Positions 5,804 through 15,799 of a stretch of DNA of 24,462 bases are shown one piece after another; within the stretch, counting starts at the first letter, position 1; each line of letters starts with the position of its first letter. The notes under the pieces were generated by a model. That model did no database searches. It was not told where the DNA came from and worked only from the letters and a program-made list of their open reading frames with translations. The position numbers and the translations under genes are program-made. Source of the stretch: a virus (lineage: Duplodnaviria; Caudoviricetes); IMG/VR virus record IMGVR_UViG_3300037704_000061, positions 1 through 24,462 of that record; one strand, given 5' to 3'.

Positions 5804-8638
5804 CTATGCTGTAATTTCTGTAATTTTTAAGAAAGCAAAACCTTTGCCGCCCATAGTAACCGACCCATCTTGCGATTGCAGGACATAGGCCGTACCACTG
5901 TCACAACCATATCTTAATGTAAAGGTAGTGGCGGAGGTAGTACCAGCCACCATGATATATTGCAGGTAGTAAGAGGTACACCGTGCCACTGAATCCGAGT
6001 TAATCTCGATCCCAACGGCTACTGCATTAGCTGCCCCATCTTGAAAGAGTGCGCCGACCCACTGGGTGCTGGCACTCGACCGCCCAATCATTGATATGGC
6101 TACTTCGATAATCAGTAAACTGCTTGCGCTAGTAGGGGTAATGGCCTGACTAAATAATTGGGTTCCCTCTCCAACCTGTGGGATAGAGGTATCGCACGGT
6201 ATGTTGCTTGAGTTACTGGTAGGGGTAGAGGTAGAAGTGTACACCGTTTGAATCAGTTTACTTGATCCCCCACTGGCGGCGATGGTGATAGATCCGGCCC
6301 CTGGGGTGATTGTGATACCGGAACCCGCCGTAAGTGATGCAGCCACCGGCGTTCCGCTGGTATCCCCAATAATGAGCTGTCCGTCTGTCATCGTTCCCGA
6401 AAAGACAGGAACACCTGTGGCACCCGTGACTAATACGGCACTGTTAGCCGTGGCTAATCCTGCGATGGTATTGGCAGCAGAGGAGTAAAGAATTTGATTT
6501 ATTGTCGTACTGGATAATCCTGTACCCCCACTAGTAACAGCAACAGGAAGCGCCAAGGGTGCCGATGAAAATTGACTGAAGGTCACGGGGTCTGTTCCCA
6601 CTGCCGCTACGGTGGCAGTTTGCAACCAGAGTGTGTTAGCGTTCACGGTTCCCGCGCTGATAGGCACTAAGTCGCCTGGGGTTATTTCGGCGGGTGCGTC
6701 ATAGTCGGTCGTTCTGGTTAATACCCAGTTAGTTGCACCGCTTCCAACGTCAGTAACCGTATATATACCGTTTTGGAAGGTAGAAGCCTGGTTTTTAATA
6801 AGTACGCGCTGTGTAGCGCTTGGAGACTGTCCATCAAGCGAGAAAGCCGCCTGTGTGTCTGCATTGGTTAGGGTCGCACCCACACCGGACGCACCGTTAT
6901 CGTAAGTTACCGTTAAGGCTATTGTACTGGCAGCGACACACGCACCTTTAAAATCAAGGCCAGCGATAAGGGCATCGGCGTATTGCTTGGTTACGGCTTG
7001 CATAGCGCTTACTGGATCGGCGTTTAGCGTTACCGTGCCAGGAAATACAACAGTACTGGACAGGGTTAGACTGGGCGTTGTTGTTCCGTTGGCTACGTCA
7101 ATCTGATTGGCTGTACCCGATACGCTTGTTACTGTACCGCCTGAGCCAGTAGCCGCGATTGTGATTGTGCCAGCCCCGGGGGTAATCGTTACACCGCTTC
7201 CAGCAGATAGAGACGCGCCAACAGGTGTACCACCCGTAACACCAATAACGACCTGTCCATCGGTTAATGAAGAAGTAAAGACGGGAACGCCTGCCACGGT
7301 GGTAACCAGGGCCGCGCTATTGGCGGTTGCTAATCCCGCGATGACGTTATTTGCAGAGGAGTAAAGCAACTGATTTATAGTCGTTGTGGCCGGATAGGTG
7401 GCAGTCGACCAGGCTGGGGCCGTATTAGAGCCAGACATTACAATTTGATTGGCGGTAGCTGTCGGCGCAAGAATGGCTAGGCTATCTGCGTCACTGTAAA
7501 CGATACCCCCGTCAGCCGCCGTGAGTGCCACCCCAGCGCCGCCTCTGGCCATAGCTAAGGTTCCCGTCCATCCAGCCGTGATGCTTGCAGCTCTCAATAA
7601 GGCGGTAAGGGGTGTGCCACCTAATGTTAGTGTGACGTTTGTGTCATCCGTTTTTGATAGGGCAGCCCCGGCGGTCGCTGCGTCCACGTACTGTTTTGTG
7701 GCGGCAGCAAGCGCGACCGATGGATCGTTAGGTAGTAGTAAATCGTTTCCAGATACAGCAAATGGGGAATCATCCAATGCCCCAGTAGTGTTGATAAACA
7801 TAGGGATTTGATTAGCAATAGTTGCGGCGCTGGTACTGGCGACATTTAGATAAGCCAATACACCAGCGGCCACGCCCACAACCTGCCCATTAGTTCCGAT
7901 ACTTGCAGGCCAGCGCTGGCCATTAAGATTTAGGTATTGTGTGGCCGTTAGGTTTAAATCAATCGCTGAACTAATCGACCAGCTAGCAGCAGTACTCTGC
8001 ATTACAAGCGCGTCAGTAAGCTCGATATTCATTTGTTGGATTTCGTTACCCGCCGATATTTTTGTGCGTACAAGGCGGTTAGCGTCTGTGAAGTTTGCAC
8101 CAAAGGAACCCACGGGGAACTCTGGTACGGTAGCAACCTCAATCGCGGTGTTACCTGCGTTCTTACGCCATATACCCCCAGCGGTTAGGATTGGAAGCCA
8201 TCTATCTAGGGTAACCGTGTCATCCTGTGATACTTGAGCGTAGGGCGCGTATTTGAGTTGTAAGTAATCCTGGGTGGTTTGCTGTTGCTTAATCATGATG
8301 ATGTCACGATTAAAGTCGCTGTTCAGGTCATCACCAGTTAGGTTTGAAACTGTCGGCGAATAAATCGATGTCCGGTCGACTGGGGTATCGCCGTAAATGG
8401 TAATGATGTCGTTGACTGTAGCCCCGGTAACCAGGGTCATCGTGCCGCCGCTGGCTGTTCCTGCCCCTGATAGGCCGTACTGTCCAGCGCCACCGCCTAG
8501 GACTAGCTTTGTACTATTTTGGTATACAACGATGTCCGTATTGGCCAAAAACGGAAAAGTGATCGCAAACACCGTTTGGGAAGCGGTAGCCGTGTACTGC
8601 TTACGTTGGGGCGTGTCGGCAATTCTGATATTTGGCAT
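5804..8638 (-). CDS. Tail fibre protein
   Basis: N-terminal T7-type adaptor-binding domain (QYTATASQTVFAITFPF...DIVVY); Thr/Ala/Gly-rich shaft; ATKQYVD repeats; RVLIKNQ...QNGIY domain. Confidence 0.88.
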   Translation of the reverse strand: MPNIRIADTPQRKQYTATASQTVFAITFPFLANTDIVVYQNSTKLVLGGGAGQYGLSGAGTASGGTMTLVTGATVNDIITIYGDTPVDRTSIYSPTVSNLTGDDLNSDFNRDIIMIKQQQTTQDYLQLKYAPYAQVSQDDTVTLDRWLPILTAGGIWRKNAGNTAIEVATVPEFPVGSFGANFTDANRLVRTKISAGNEIQQMNIELTDALVMQSTAASWSISSAIDLNLTATQYLNLNGQRWPASIGTNGQVVGVAAGVLAYLNVASTSAATIANQIPMFINTTGALDDSPFAVSGNDLLLPNDPSVALAAATKQYVDAATAGAALSKTDDTNVTLTLGGTPLTALLRAASITAGWTGTLAMARGGAGVALTAADGGIVYSDADSLAILAPTATANQIVMSGSNTAPAWSTATYPATTTINQLLYSSANNVIAGLATANSAALVTTVAGVPVFTSSLTDGQVVIGVTGGTPVGASLSAGSGVTITPGAGTITIAATGSGGTVTSVSGTANQIDVANGTTTPSLTLSSTVVFPGTVTLNADPVSAMQAVTKQYADALIAGLDFKGACVAASTIALTVTYDNGASGVGATLTNADTQAAFSLDGQSPSATQRVLIKNQASTFQNGIYTVTDVGSGATNWVLTRTTDYDAPAEITPGDLVPISAGTVNANTLWLQTATVAAVGTDPVTFSQFSSAPLALPVAVTSGGTGLSSTTINQILYSSAANTIAGLATANSAVLVTGATGVPVFSGTMTDGQLIIGDTSGTPVAASLTAGSGITITPGAGSITIAASGGSSKLIQTVYTSTSTPTSNSSNIPCDTSIPQVGEGTQLFSQAITPTSASSLLIIEVAISMIGRSSASTQWVGALFQDGAANAVAVGIEINSDSVARCTSYYLQYIMVAGTTSATTFTLRYGCDSGTAYVLQSQDGSVTMGGKGFAFLKITEITA
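6266..7384 (-). repeat. Internal duplication of an ~80-aa module in the tail fibre (copies at about 7136-7384 and 6266-6508)
   Basis: TTINQLLYSSANNVIAGLATANSA...TITPGAGTITIAA versus TTINQILYSSAANTIAGLATANSA...TITPGAGSITIAA. Confidence 0.9.
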
Positions 8639-8653
8639 TTAATAACATCCTTG

Positions 8654-11600
8654 TTATTTAAACATGTCCTTAAGTTTGGTCTCTTGCGCTTCCTCGAACC
8701 CCAGCTTTTTAGCCACGGCCCCCGAAACCTTCCTTGACAAGTAGTAAGTGTAAAATAGATTCTGGTAAGGGGCGAGCCTTAATATTTTCTCAAAGTCTTT
8801 TGTCGTTAGTGGGTGTTCGCCGTCTGCCTTCCTGATTGAGTTAACGAGATTAAACATTTCATCGAATGCGCCGGTAGACGGGCCGAGTAATGCGCCCCAG
8901 AGTGACCGGGATTGATAGCGCGAGGCTTGCGTGCCAAAGCCTAGCCCTGCTTTCTCTGCCATGTTGTAAACCTCTGAGAGGATACCAAGCAGGCCGCTGC
9001 GGTCGATTGCTTCCCGGGATAGTTTAGAAAAACTTAGATCGATGTTGTCATTGCCGCGCACTGCCTGGGTTACCGCATAGCTGAACGCGCCTAGCCCTAG
9101 CATGGTGGCCATGCCCCAATAGGTGTTTGCATCGTTACGGCGCTGGATACCTGAAAACAAAATCTTATTGGTAGCGGTGAAGGCAAAAGACTTAAACTGT
9201 AGTAGCAACTTACCTAGATTTGTATGCGCTATGAGCGGCTTATCACCGAGGCCGGGAACGATTACAACCGAGTCAATCTCTTTGGCGGTCGCCCGTTTAA
9301 AGGCTTCTAGCGCGCCTCTGTCATTGTGATTGCTGGGATCCCAGGTAACCCAATTAGCAAAATACGTGCCACCTTCGTTTCCTTTACCGCTCTTTACCCA
9401 CATATCATAGATGCTTTGATACTGGCCCTTATCGATACCAAGGCGAGCTAAGCGCGTGATTTCTTCCTTAGTGATGGTTCCATTGTGCCAGGCTTCAATC
9501 GACTTTAAGGTACGGTTAATACTCATGGTGCCAGCGATTACTTGCTGGGTGTCGTTCCATTGGTTCATGAACGTAAAATTACCAAAGGTCTCGACCATCT
9601 TATCGAAGGTGCGCCCAAAGAATGAGGGTTGAGTAGAAAGCCCCTCATGCCCGGCCATAGACTTTAAACGGGTTCCCTTAACGGTTTCCAGGGCGTACCC
9701 CATAGCCTGTATGTCGTCCTTTGACATATTCTTCAGGGTGCCGAATACATCGCCTAGCAAGGGGCGTAATCCGTGGTATAGCGTGGCAAATGGGCCGTGG
9801 GTAAGTACGTGCATTCCTATATCGGGAATGGCTGAAAGTGTCATGAACCCTAGGAGCCTGACATAGTTCCAGTTTAGGAATGCCTTGTAATACTTAGAGG
9901 CGCTATTGTCATGGACGTTAGGGCCATCGCCATAGATACCCAGGATTAGCTCAAAAGAGCTGGTTATATTCTTTTCCTGCTTCTTGAATTCTTTATTAAG
10001 CTTGTCGGCTTCCTTTCCTTTCACGCCTTCAGACTTTGATTCTAAATCGGCTTGTATCTTGTACGCCTCACTGCCTGGCGCATTGCCAAATTCTTTAAAG
10101 GCTTTCTCTACGGTCTTTCGGTCTTTCTTATTTAGTCCGCTAATTCTAAATTTAAGTTCGTCATTCATCTTAGAGATTTCGTTATTGTGCCAGTCTTCAA
10201 TAGACTTGTAGCCGAGCTGATGGGCTATCTCAGTCATGCGTACAACCGGAATCACGGCACGGGCGTAGCGTTCGGCCACCTCTGAGGCGTTTTGATTCTG
10301 CCAGTCAAAGGCCAGCCGTTGCGGTATCATAAAGGTACGCTTCTTAGCCGAGGCAGGGCGCTTGTTTAACTTATTAACTACCGCCTTAGAAGGCCCCCCG
10401 ATGTCGTTACCGATAATACGGTCGTAGGTTTGTTCAGCCGCCAATCTTATGTAATCAGGGTCTAGCACTGGCTTTCTTAAGCGCCCTTGCTTGCCTTCAC
10501 TTTGGTGAAAGATAGCGGCGATCTCATCCGGGTCTAGCACCCTACCCGCCAGATTTTCGGCGAGCTTGTTGGCTTCCGCTTCTAGGACGGCGATTTGTTC
10601 GTCCAGGTTTCCGAGGTTTTCGGCGCTGTACTTCTGCTTTGACTCTTTGATTTTTTGCTTTTTATCTTTAATTTCACCCAAGATTTTTTGATATTCCGGT
10701 GATTTATCGACCTTTCTGACCAATTCTTTTAAACTTTTTTCCTTTTCAGAGACTTTTTTTCGCAATTCTTTAACATTTTGTGGCTCTGTACCCGTGCGCT
10801 CGATCATTTCTTTCGTTTTTTTGATGTCCAGTACCAGCTCTTTGTACTCTGGGTACTTCTTGATCTCGCGTAAGGTCTGGGAAGCTATGGCCTTAGCCTT
10901 CTTACCCAGTTTCTTTTCGATGTCTGCCTGCATTCCCTTAATGGTGGTTACGTCCGCTTGGTGCTTGGTAACCTTTTCGCGCTCTTTCTTCATCTCTTTT
11001 TCGAGCGTGTGGACTTTATCCTCTAGGTGTTCGATTTCCATATCGAGCAGACGCTCGACTTCAAGGCTAGGGGCTTTCTTGTTCTTTGCATCCCGAAGCT
11101 TTGCGCGCGCCTCTGATAGCTTAGATTTGGCGCTACCTAAGTCTTTATGCTTGACCACCACTTCGGCGTGGGCCTCTTTCCGCATCGCCTCTGCGAGCTT
11201 TAAATCAAGCCCTAGGGATACATAATCCGTATGGCCTGAAAAGCCTTTAACGCTGTTCTTAACCTGGGTTAGCTTCTTCTTAAGCTCAGCTAGGTTAGTC
11301 CGCATCTCTTTGACATTGGCCCGGCGGTGTTCGCGGTTTGCCTTTCTGATGTCATGCTCTAGGGTTCTAATTTCTTTTTCAGTGGCGCGGTATTCTGGGC
11401 TTTGGGCGACATTCTTAACGGCCCGGCGTAACTCACGTTCTAGCTTACGTGACTGTTGTTCTAGCTTCCTGGTTTCCGGTGGGGTCATGCCACGTTTAAC
11501 CCGGCGCACACGGTCTCTCAGGGCTTTAGCGTCTTTAACCTCTTGCTGTGCAAATTGATAAAAAGTATTTCCGTGAATGCTTTCTACGACCTTATCGATC

Positions 11601-12931
11601 CTGTGCATCCAGTCGGTCGTCAATTTCATGAAGCCGCTTTTATCTTCTTTGAGTTTTTGCTGGTTCCAGTTCACGGGGAAGTAGTCAAAAGCGTTCTGAA
11701 CCGTGGCACCCTTGGGCAGCTCACCCAAAGCGATCAGGGCTTCCTTATAGGGTTCAAATATCTTGTCGCGGATTAGGGCAGCGGCTTTATTTACTGCTTC
11801 GTTGGGGTGCTTGGTGGCTGTGAATAAGGTATATGATACGGCCTTTTGGTAGGCATCGTTGTTTAAGATCGCGCCGGAAAGGTCAGCCTTTGCCGCCCTG
11901 TTTGCTCGCATCTCTTTGCCGAACCCTGAAGATATACCGGCTTGCTCATAGAATAGGTTATCTACCTCAATCAATACCGGCGCTATGGCTCGTATGCTCG
12001 ATACGATGTTGCGCTCTGCGTTGATGGTAGCCTCGCCTTGTTCGTTTTTAACAAGGTTGTAAGTGGTCTCTATGACGCTGGTCACCACGTCTTTAGGGGC
12101 TTGGAACTCACTAGTCAGCATGTCATTTGATATGCTGGTCTTCATTCCCTTTTGAACAAATTTAGGCATGTTCGCCAGTTGATTACCGCTTATGTGGGCC
12201 GCTGAGCTTCCGTGCTTGTAAGGGGTAAGGTTTTCTTCCTTTTCGGTGAAAACGTCCAGGATTTCGGCTTTGGCACGCTCACGGTTCTTATTGGTGAAGC
12301 GTTTAAGTTTTGGGCCTAGAATGGGTGACACTCCACCGATAGCCGCGCTGAACAAGCCACCGGCTGCCGTGTTCATAATGCTTTCATCGACTTCACGGCT
12401 TAATTGTGTTCGCTGTAAAAATGATTCCTGAACCGCCGTAGAGATAACGCCAGCGGCCCCGGCTTGCAATGCGCCCTTTGTGGCTCGTGACATACGCTTT
12501 AGGTTGTTAAAGATAACGCCGCCGGGTAACCAGTTGGCTGGGTCAATCGGTTGCAATCCAAAGTTATAAAAAAAGGATTTCCAGGGATTGGAAGCAACTA
12601 AGGCGGTGCGTTCGTTTTCTTCATCTAGGGTACGCATCACGCTATAGGCTTCGTCCTTGTTGGTCACAAGTGCGTAAGCATCAAACTGACTCATGTGACG
12701 GCGTGGCACGAACTCCATAAAGTCTAGGCCCATGTTCTTATCGGGATCGAAGGCCGTAGCTTCTGGGCGCTTTAAGAATGAGCCTATCGTGGTATCACGA
12801 AAGAATATGGCCGAAAACAGATTGCCGGTAGGTTCTTCAAGAGGTGCAGAGGTCTGTAACCGATTATAGGTTAGTGGTGGTAGGGTAGTAATCGATTTAC
12901 CCAGGTCTGTTAAATCAAGTTCATCACTCAT
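8654..12931 (-). CDS. Large internal virion/ejection protein (T7 gp16-position analogue) with a long coiled-coil region
   Basis: True start probably MSDELD at 12931 (ATGAGTGA overlap); C-terminal GKLLLQFKSFAF, AIDRSGLLG, LLGPS.G and PYQNLFY motifs; position before the fibre. Confidence 0.8.
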   Translation of the reverse strand: MSDELDLTDLGKSITTLPPLTYNRLQTSAPLEEPTGNLFSAIFFRDTTIGSFLKRPEATAFDPDKNMGLDFMEFVPRRHMSQFDAYALVTNKDEAYSVMRTLDEENERTALVASNPWKSFFYNFGLQPIDPANWLPGGVIFNNLKRMSRATKGALQAGAAGVISTAVQESFLQRTQLSREVDESIMNTAAGGLFSAAIGGVSPILGPKLKRFTNKNRERAKAEILDVFTEKEENLTPYKHGSSAAHISGNQLANMPKFVQKGMKTSISNDMLTSEFQAPKDVVTSVIETTYNLVKNEQGEATINAERNIVSSIRAIAPVLIEVDNLFYEQAGISSGFGKEMRANRAAKADLSGAILNNDAYQKAVSYTLFTATKHPNEAVNKAAALIRDKIFEPYKEALIALGELPKGATVQNAFDYFPVNWNQQKLKEDKSGFMKLTTDWMHRIDKVVESIHGNTFYQFAQQEVKDAKALRDRVRRVKRGMTPPETRKLEQQSRKLERELRRAVKNVAQSPEYRATEKEIRTLEHDIRKANREHRRANVKEMRTNLAELKKKLTQVKNSVKGFSGHTDYVSLGLDLKLAEAMRKEAHAEVVVKHKDLGSAKSKLSEARAKLRDAKNKKAPSLEVERLLDMEIEHLEDKVHTLEKEMKKEREKVTKHQADVTTIKGMQADIEKKLGKKAKAIASQTLREIKKYPEYKELVLDIKKTKEMIERTGTEPQNVKELRKKVSEKEKSLKELVRKVDKSPEYQKILGEIKDKKQKIKESKQKYSAENLGNLDEQIAVLEAEANKLAENLAGRVLDPDEIAAIFHQSEGKQGRLRKPVLDPDYIRLAAEQTYDRIIGNDIGGPSKAVVNKLNKRPASAKKRTFMIPQRLAFDWQNQNASEVAERYARAVIPVVRMTEIAHQLGYKSIEDWHNNEISKMNDELKFRISGLNKKDRKTVEKAFKEFGNAPGSEAYKIQADLESKSEGVKGKEADKLNKEFKKQEKNITSSFELILGIYGDGPNVHDNSASKYYKAFLNWNYVRLLGFMTLSAIPDIGMHVLTHGPFATLYHGLRPLLGDVFGTLKNMSKDDIQAMGYALETVKGTRLKSMAGHEGLSTQPSFFGRTFDKMVETFGNFTFMNQWNDTQQVIAGTMSINRTLKSIEAWHNGTITKEEITRLARLGIDKGQYQSIYDMWVKSGKGNEGGTYFANWVTWDPSNHNDRGALEAFKRATAKEIDSVVIVPGLGDKPLIAHTNLGKLLLQFKSFAFTATNKILFSGIQRRNDANTYWGMATMLGLGAFSYAVTQAVRGNDNIDLSFSKLSREAIDRSGLLGILSEVYNMAEKAGLGFGTQASRYQSRSLWGALLGPSTGAFDEMFNLVNSIRKADGEHPLTTKDFEKILRLAPYQNLFYTYYLSRKVSGAVAKKLGFEEAQETKLKDMFK

Positions 12932-15329
12932 TTTTCTGAAGTATGTCCTGTAACTCTTGTAATGTTGGCCCCTCTTTCTTCGGCGCATTCCTTCTGCTTT
13001 CGCGGCTCTTATTAGGAACATCTGGGGCTGCGCCAATCCATTGCCTTAACTCATATTTCATGGCTTCGTGTAACTGTTTGGTTTGTGCCTTATCTAATAT
13101 TGATTTCAATCGTTTAGCGTCTATTTCGCCAAAAGCGGCAGGGTTAATTTTGTCTAAATCATTCAGAACGATATAGGCCAGGCCGTCCTCTGACTTAGGG
13201 TTTGGCAACTGTTGGTATACGCCGAACTTATCTTTGGCAAAAACCCCGTATACAAACCCCTCTCCCCTCGCCCGTGTTTGTCGGTTGGACTTTAGAACGA
13301 TGTCGGATTTAACGCCATTTACCTCAATAGGAACCGGGGTATCTGGCGAAAAGAAAGATTCTGCGGGTGTTGATATTGGGCCTATGGCCGTGGCTACAGT
13401 AGTGCCGGTTGTATCGCTGTACCCTAGTGGTCTAAAAACATAATCGTCAGCGCTGTATTTTTCGGGAATCGGTGGGCCGTACAACTTCATTTTGTACTTG
13501 CCGTTTTTGCTGGTCACCAATTCATTATTGGCTTTGACAATATAATCTAGGCCGGTTACAACTTGGTTTCGGACATTATAAGTGCCAGCGCTTAAGGGAA
13601 ATTCTCGTTCCGGCGCACCCCAGCCGATTTCATCCTTTTCAAACCAGATAGACTTACCGGCCCCGCGCATCGCATTTTTTGTCATGCGGATCGCTTCTTC
13701 TTGATTACCCGCAGAATCATAGGCATTTAAAAATGCTTCCTTCATGACAAAGTAAGCCCCATGATCCATGAAGGGATCCGGGGTTGCATCAAATAACTGC
13801 TTGTAGAGGGCCGGGCCATTTTTCTCTAGGAAGGTAGTAGCGGCCTTATATCTTTCTTTTACCTCTGAGTCGCTTACCTTCATAACCTGATTGATTGCGC
13901 CCTTAATGGCATCCTCTGAAGGGGTATCTGTTCCATTTAAAAGGGTGGTCATTTTTTGGGCGATAGCTTGTGCGTCTTTAGAAAGGCTAATTAGGTTTTC
14001 TTTATCACCCAACACCGCCGTAGAATATAAGCGTCCTGCGGCCATTGTTTCAGCTGGGATCATTGATGTTAACTTTGCGTTCATGATCTTATCGAAGTCA
14101 GGAACATTGGTGTCTAGCTCTTGCACCATCGAAAACTGAGCTTCGAGTGACGCAGGTGTTCCGGTAATTTCTTCGTATTGCTGCAATCGACTGTCAAAGA
14201 TTTCGTTTATGACTCCCTTATCAACTTTGGCGGATTGCCCTAGAGAGATTTGGCGCATGGCCTTTGTGATTTTGTCGGCTCGCGTGTTCTCTTTCATCTG
14301 ATTTTGTAAGAACGCACCGAAAACCTGTTGCTGTTGAAAAGGGGTAAGCACCTCATAGGCTGGGTGAGATTGCAGGCTTTCCAAGCTACTGATATGGTCA
14401 GGCGAGTAGGGGTTGATCATATCGTTTTGTATGATCTGTTTGGCAAGTGCCTGGTTTGCGCTGTCCGCAGAATTGAATGTGTTCTGCATGGCGAGCATCT
14501 TTTGAAGCGCCGTAAAATGCTGTTCAGTCGTCAAACCTTCTGGCTTCTTAGCTCCATAACCTGCTAGGAACTTTTCAGATTCCCCGGCCTCACGCGCGGC
14601 CATATATGCGCCGACTTGTTCCGCTATGGTGGCGGACTCGTTGAGCTTTGCGGTAATCTCAGGTAGCTTATTTTCAACCTGCTTGCTTAGATTCCGGTAG
14701 TTTTCGAGTATGTCACCGATGTTTTTATTGGCTTCTGCGACTGCCTCTTTATTGCCGATTGAATATGCTTCATCCCTTATCTTTTCGGCCTTATCTAAGT
14801 CACGCTTTAGACTGCTAAGCACTTTCTCATTGTCATAGTTAATTGACTCATTCAACATGCTAATTTGAACGCGGCTAACTAATGGGTCTAATCCTTGCTT
14901 AACGGCTGCCCTATTCTCTGGCCTTGCATTCTCTAATATCCCGGACTGAATGCCCTCTATTCTTGCCTTAAATAGGGCCGGTGTTTGCTCGCTGAACTTA
15001 GATTTGTCCGTCATCTGCGTATAGGCTTCAAGCAGTTGATTTTTACCTTCGGTAAGCAGTTGATTTGTTTCGATTTTCACCACGGCATCGTTATAGGCAG
15101 CCGTGGATTTGGTCAAAGGGAAAGCTAGGTTCTTTGGGGCGCGGCCTTCTAGGGCAGCCTGTTGGCCAGCCAGTCCGCTTTGATAAGCCGCTTGATTGGA
15201 TAATTGTGTACCTAAAATCTGGGTAAGCTTGCCCATAGACTCGCCCATTTTTGCATAGGCGTTATTGTTCCCGGTATTAACGATGGGCGTGATTACCTTT
15301 CTTTCGATAGGTTCTAATTCTTTAGCCAT
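12924..15329 (-). CDS. Internal virion/ejection protein (gp15-position analogue)
   Basis: 801 aa, helical Gln/Ala-rich; synteny between the small and large internal proteins. Confidence 0.7.
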   Translation of the reverse strand: MAKELEPIERKVITPIVNTGNNNAYAKMGESMGKLTQILGTQLSNQAAYQSGLAGQQAALEGRAPKNLAFPLTKSTAAYNDAVVKIETNQLLTEGKNQLLEAYTQMTDKSKFSEQTPALFKARIEGIQSGILENARPENRAAVKQGLDPLVSRVQISMLNESINYDNEKVLSSLKRDLDKAEKIRDEAYSIGNKEAVAEANKNIGDILENYRNLSKQVENKLPEITAKLNESATIAEQVGAYMAAREAGESEKFLAGYGAKKPEGLTTEQHFTALQKMLAMQNTFNSADSANQALAKQIIQNDMINPYSPDHISSLESLQSHPAYEVLTPFQQQQVFGAFLQNQMKENTRADKITKAMRQISLGQSAKVDKGVINEIFDSRLQQYEEITGTPASLEAQFSMVQELDTNVPDFDKIMNAKLTSMIPAETMAAGRLYSTAVLGDKENLISLSKDAQAIAQKMTTLLNGTDTPSEDAIKGAINQVMKVSDSEVKERYKAATTFLEKNGPALYKQLFDATPDPFMDHGAYFVMKEAFLNAYDSAGNQEEAIRMTKNAMRGAGKSIWFEKDEIGWGAPEREFPLSAGTYNVRNQVVTGLDYIVKANNELVTSKNGKYKMKLYGPPIPEKYSADDYVFRPLGYSDTTGTTVATAIGPISTPAESFFSPDTPVPIEVNGVKSDIVLKSNRQTRARGEGFVYGVFAKDKFGVYQQLPNPKSEDGLAYIVLNDLDKINPAAFGEIDAKRLKSILDKAQTKQLHEAMKYELRQWIGAAPDVPNKSRESRRNAPKKEGPTLQELQDILQKNE

Positions 15330-15799
15330 TATTTCGGCCCTTTAAGCTTTGCTTGCGTTAGGTTGTTCACGTTCCAGGCATTGATAGAACTACTGATAGC
15401 GCCAAGAGCCGCATTTGTTTTGCGCGAACTTCTATTTGCTTTGGCTTGTGCGGTTTGGTTTAGAGCCTGTACATCAATAAGCTTGCCACCGCGCTTAATG
15501 GCTTCCTGGTCTTTAAGGAAGTTGCTATAGGATTCCCCGCCGAATTGTCTGACCAAAGAGCCGCTGCCGCCTCGCATACTGGCTAGGGCAACCTGTGAGG
15601 CTAGGGCTTTCCTAAATCCCCCGGCGCTTGCGTTGGCCTGTTCTGCGGCCTGATAGTGGGCTTGCTGGCGCTGAAGCTCGATAGCGGCTTCATCCATCTT
15701 GTACTGACTATTTGCCGCGTTTCGCTCACTGACATATCCATAGGCGGACACACCCGTAGCGGCAGCGGCAAAAGCTAAAGCGGCGACCTCTGGCCCCAT
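15329..15799 (-). CDS. Small internal virion protein (gp14-position analogue)
   Basis: Hydrophobic Ala-rich N-terminus, Gln/Ala coiled coil, ASMRGGSGS motif; TAATG coupling at both ends. Confidence 0.75.
   Translation of the reverse strand: MGPEVAALAFAAAATGVSAYGYVSERNAANSQYKMDEAAIELQRQQAHYQAAEQANASAGGFRKALASQVALASMRGGSGSLVRQFGGESYSNFLKDQEAIKRGGKLIDVQALNQTAQAKANRSSRKTNAALGAISSSINAWNVNNLTQAKLKGPK

Noticed and set aside
5804-8638. Diversity-generating retroelement targeting the fibre, as in BPP-1
   Set aside because: No reverse transcriptase and no adenine-specific TR/VR repeat pair seen in the window; the fibre repeats differ at all base types
12932-13036. N-terminal 35 aa of the 1460-aa ORF call
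   Set aside because: Overlaps the upstream gene; ATG 12931 gives the typical ATGAGTGA coupling
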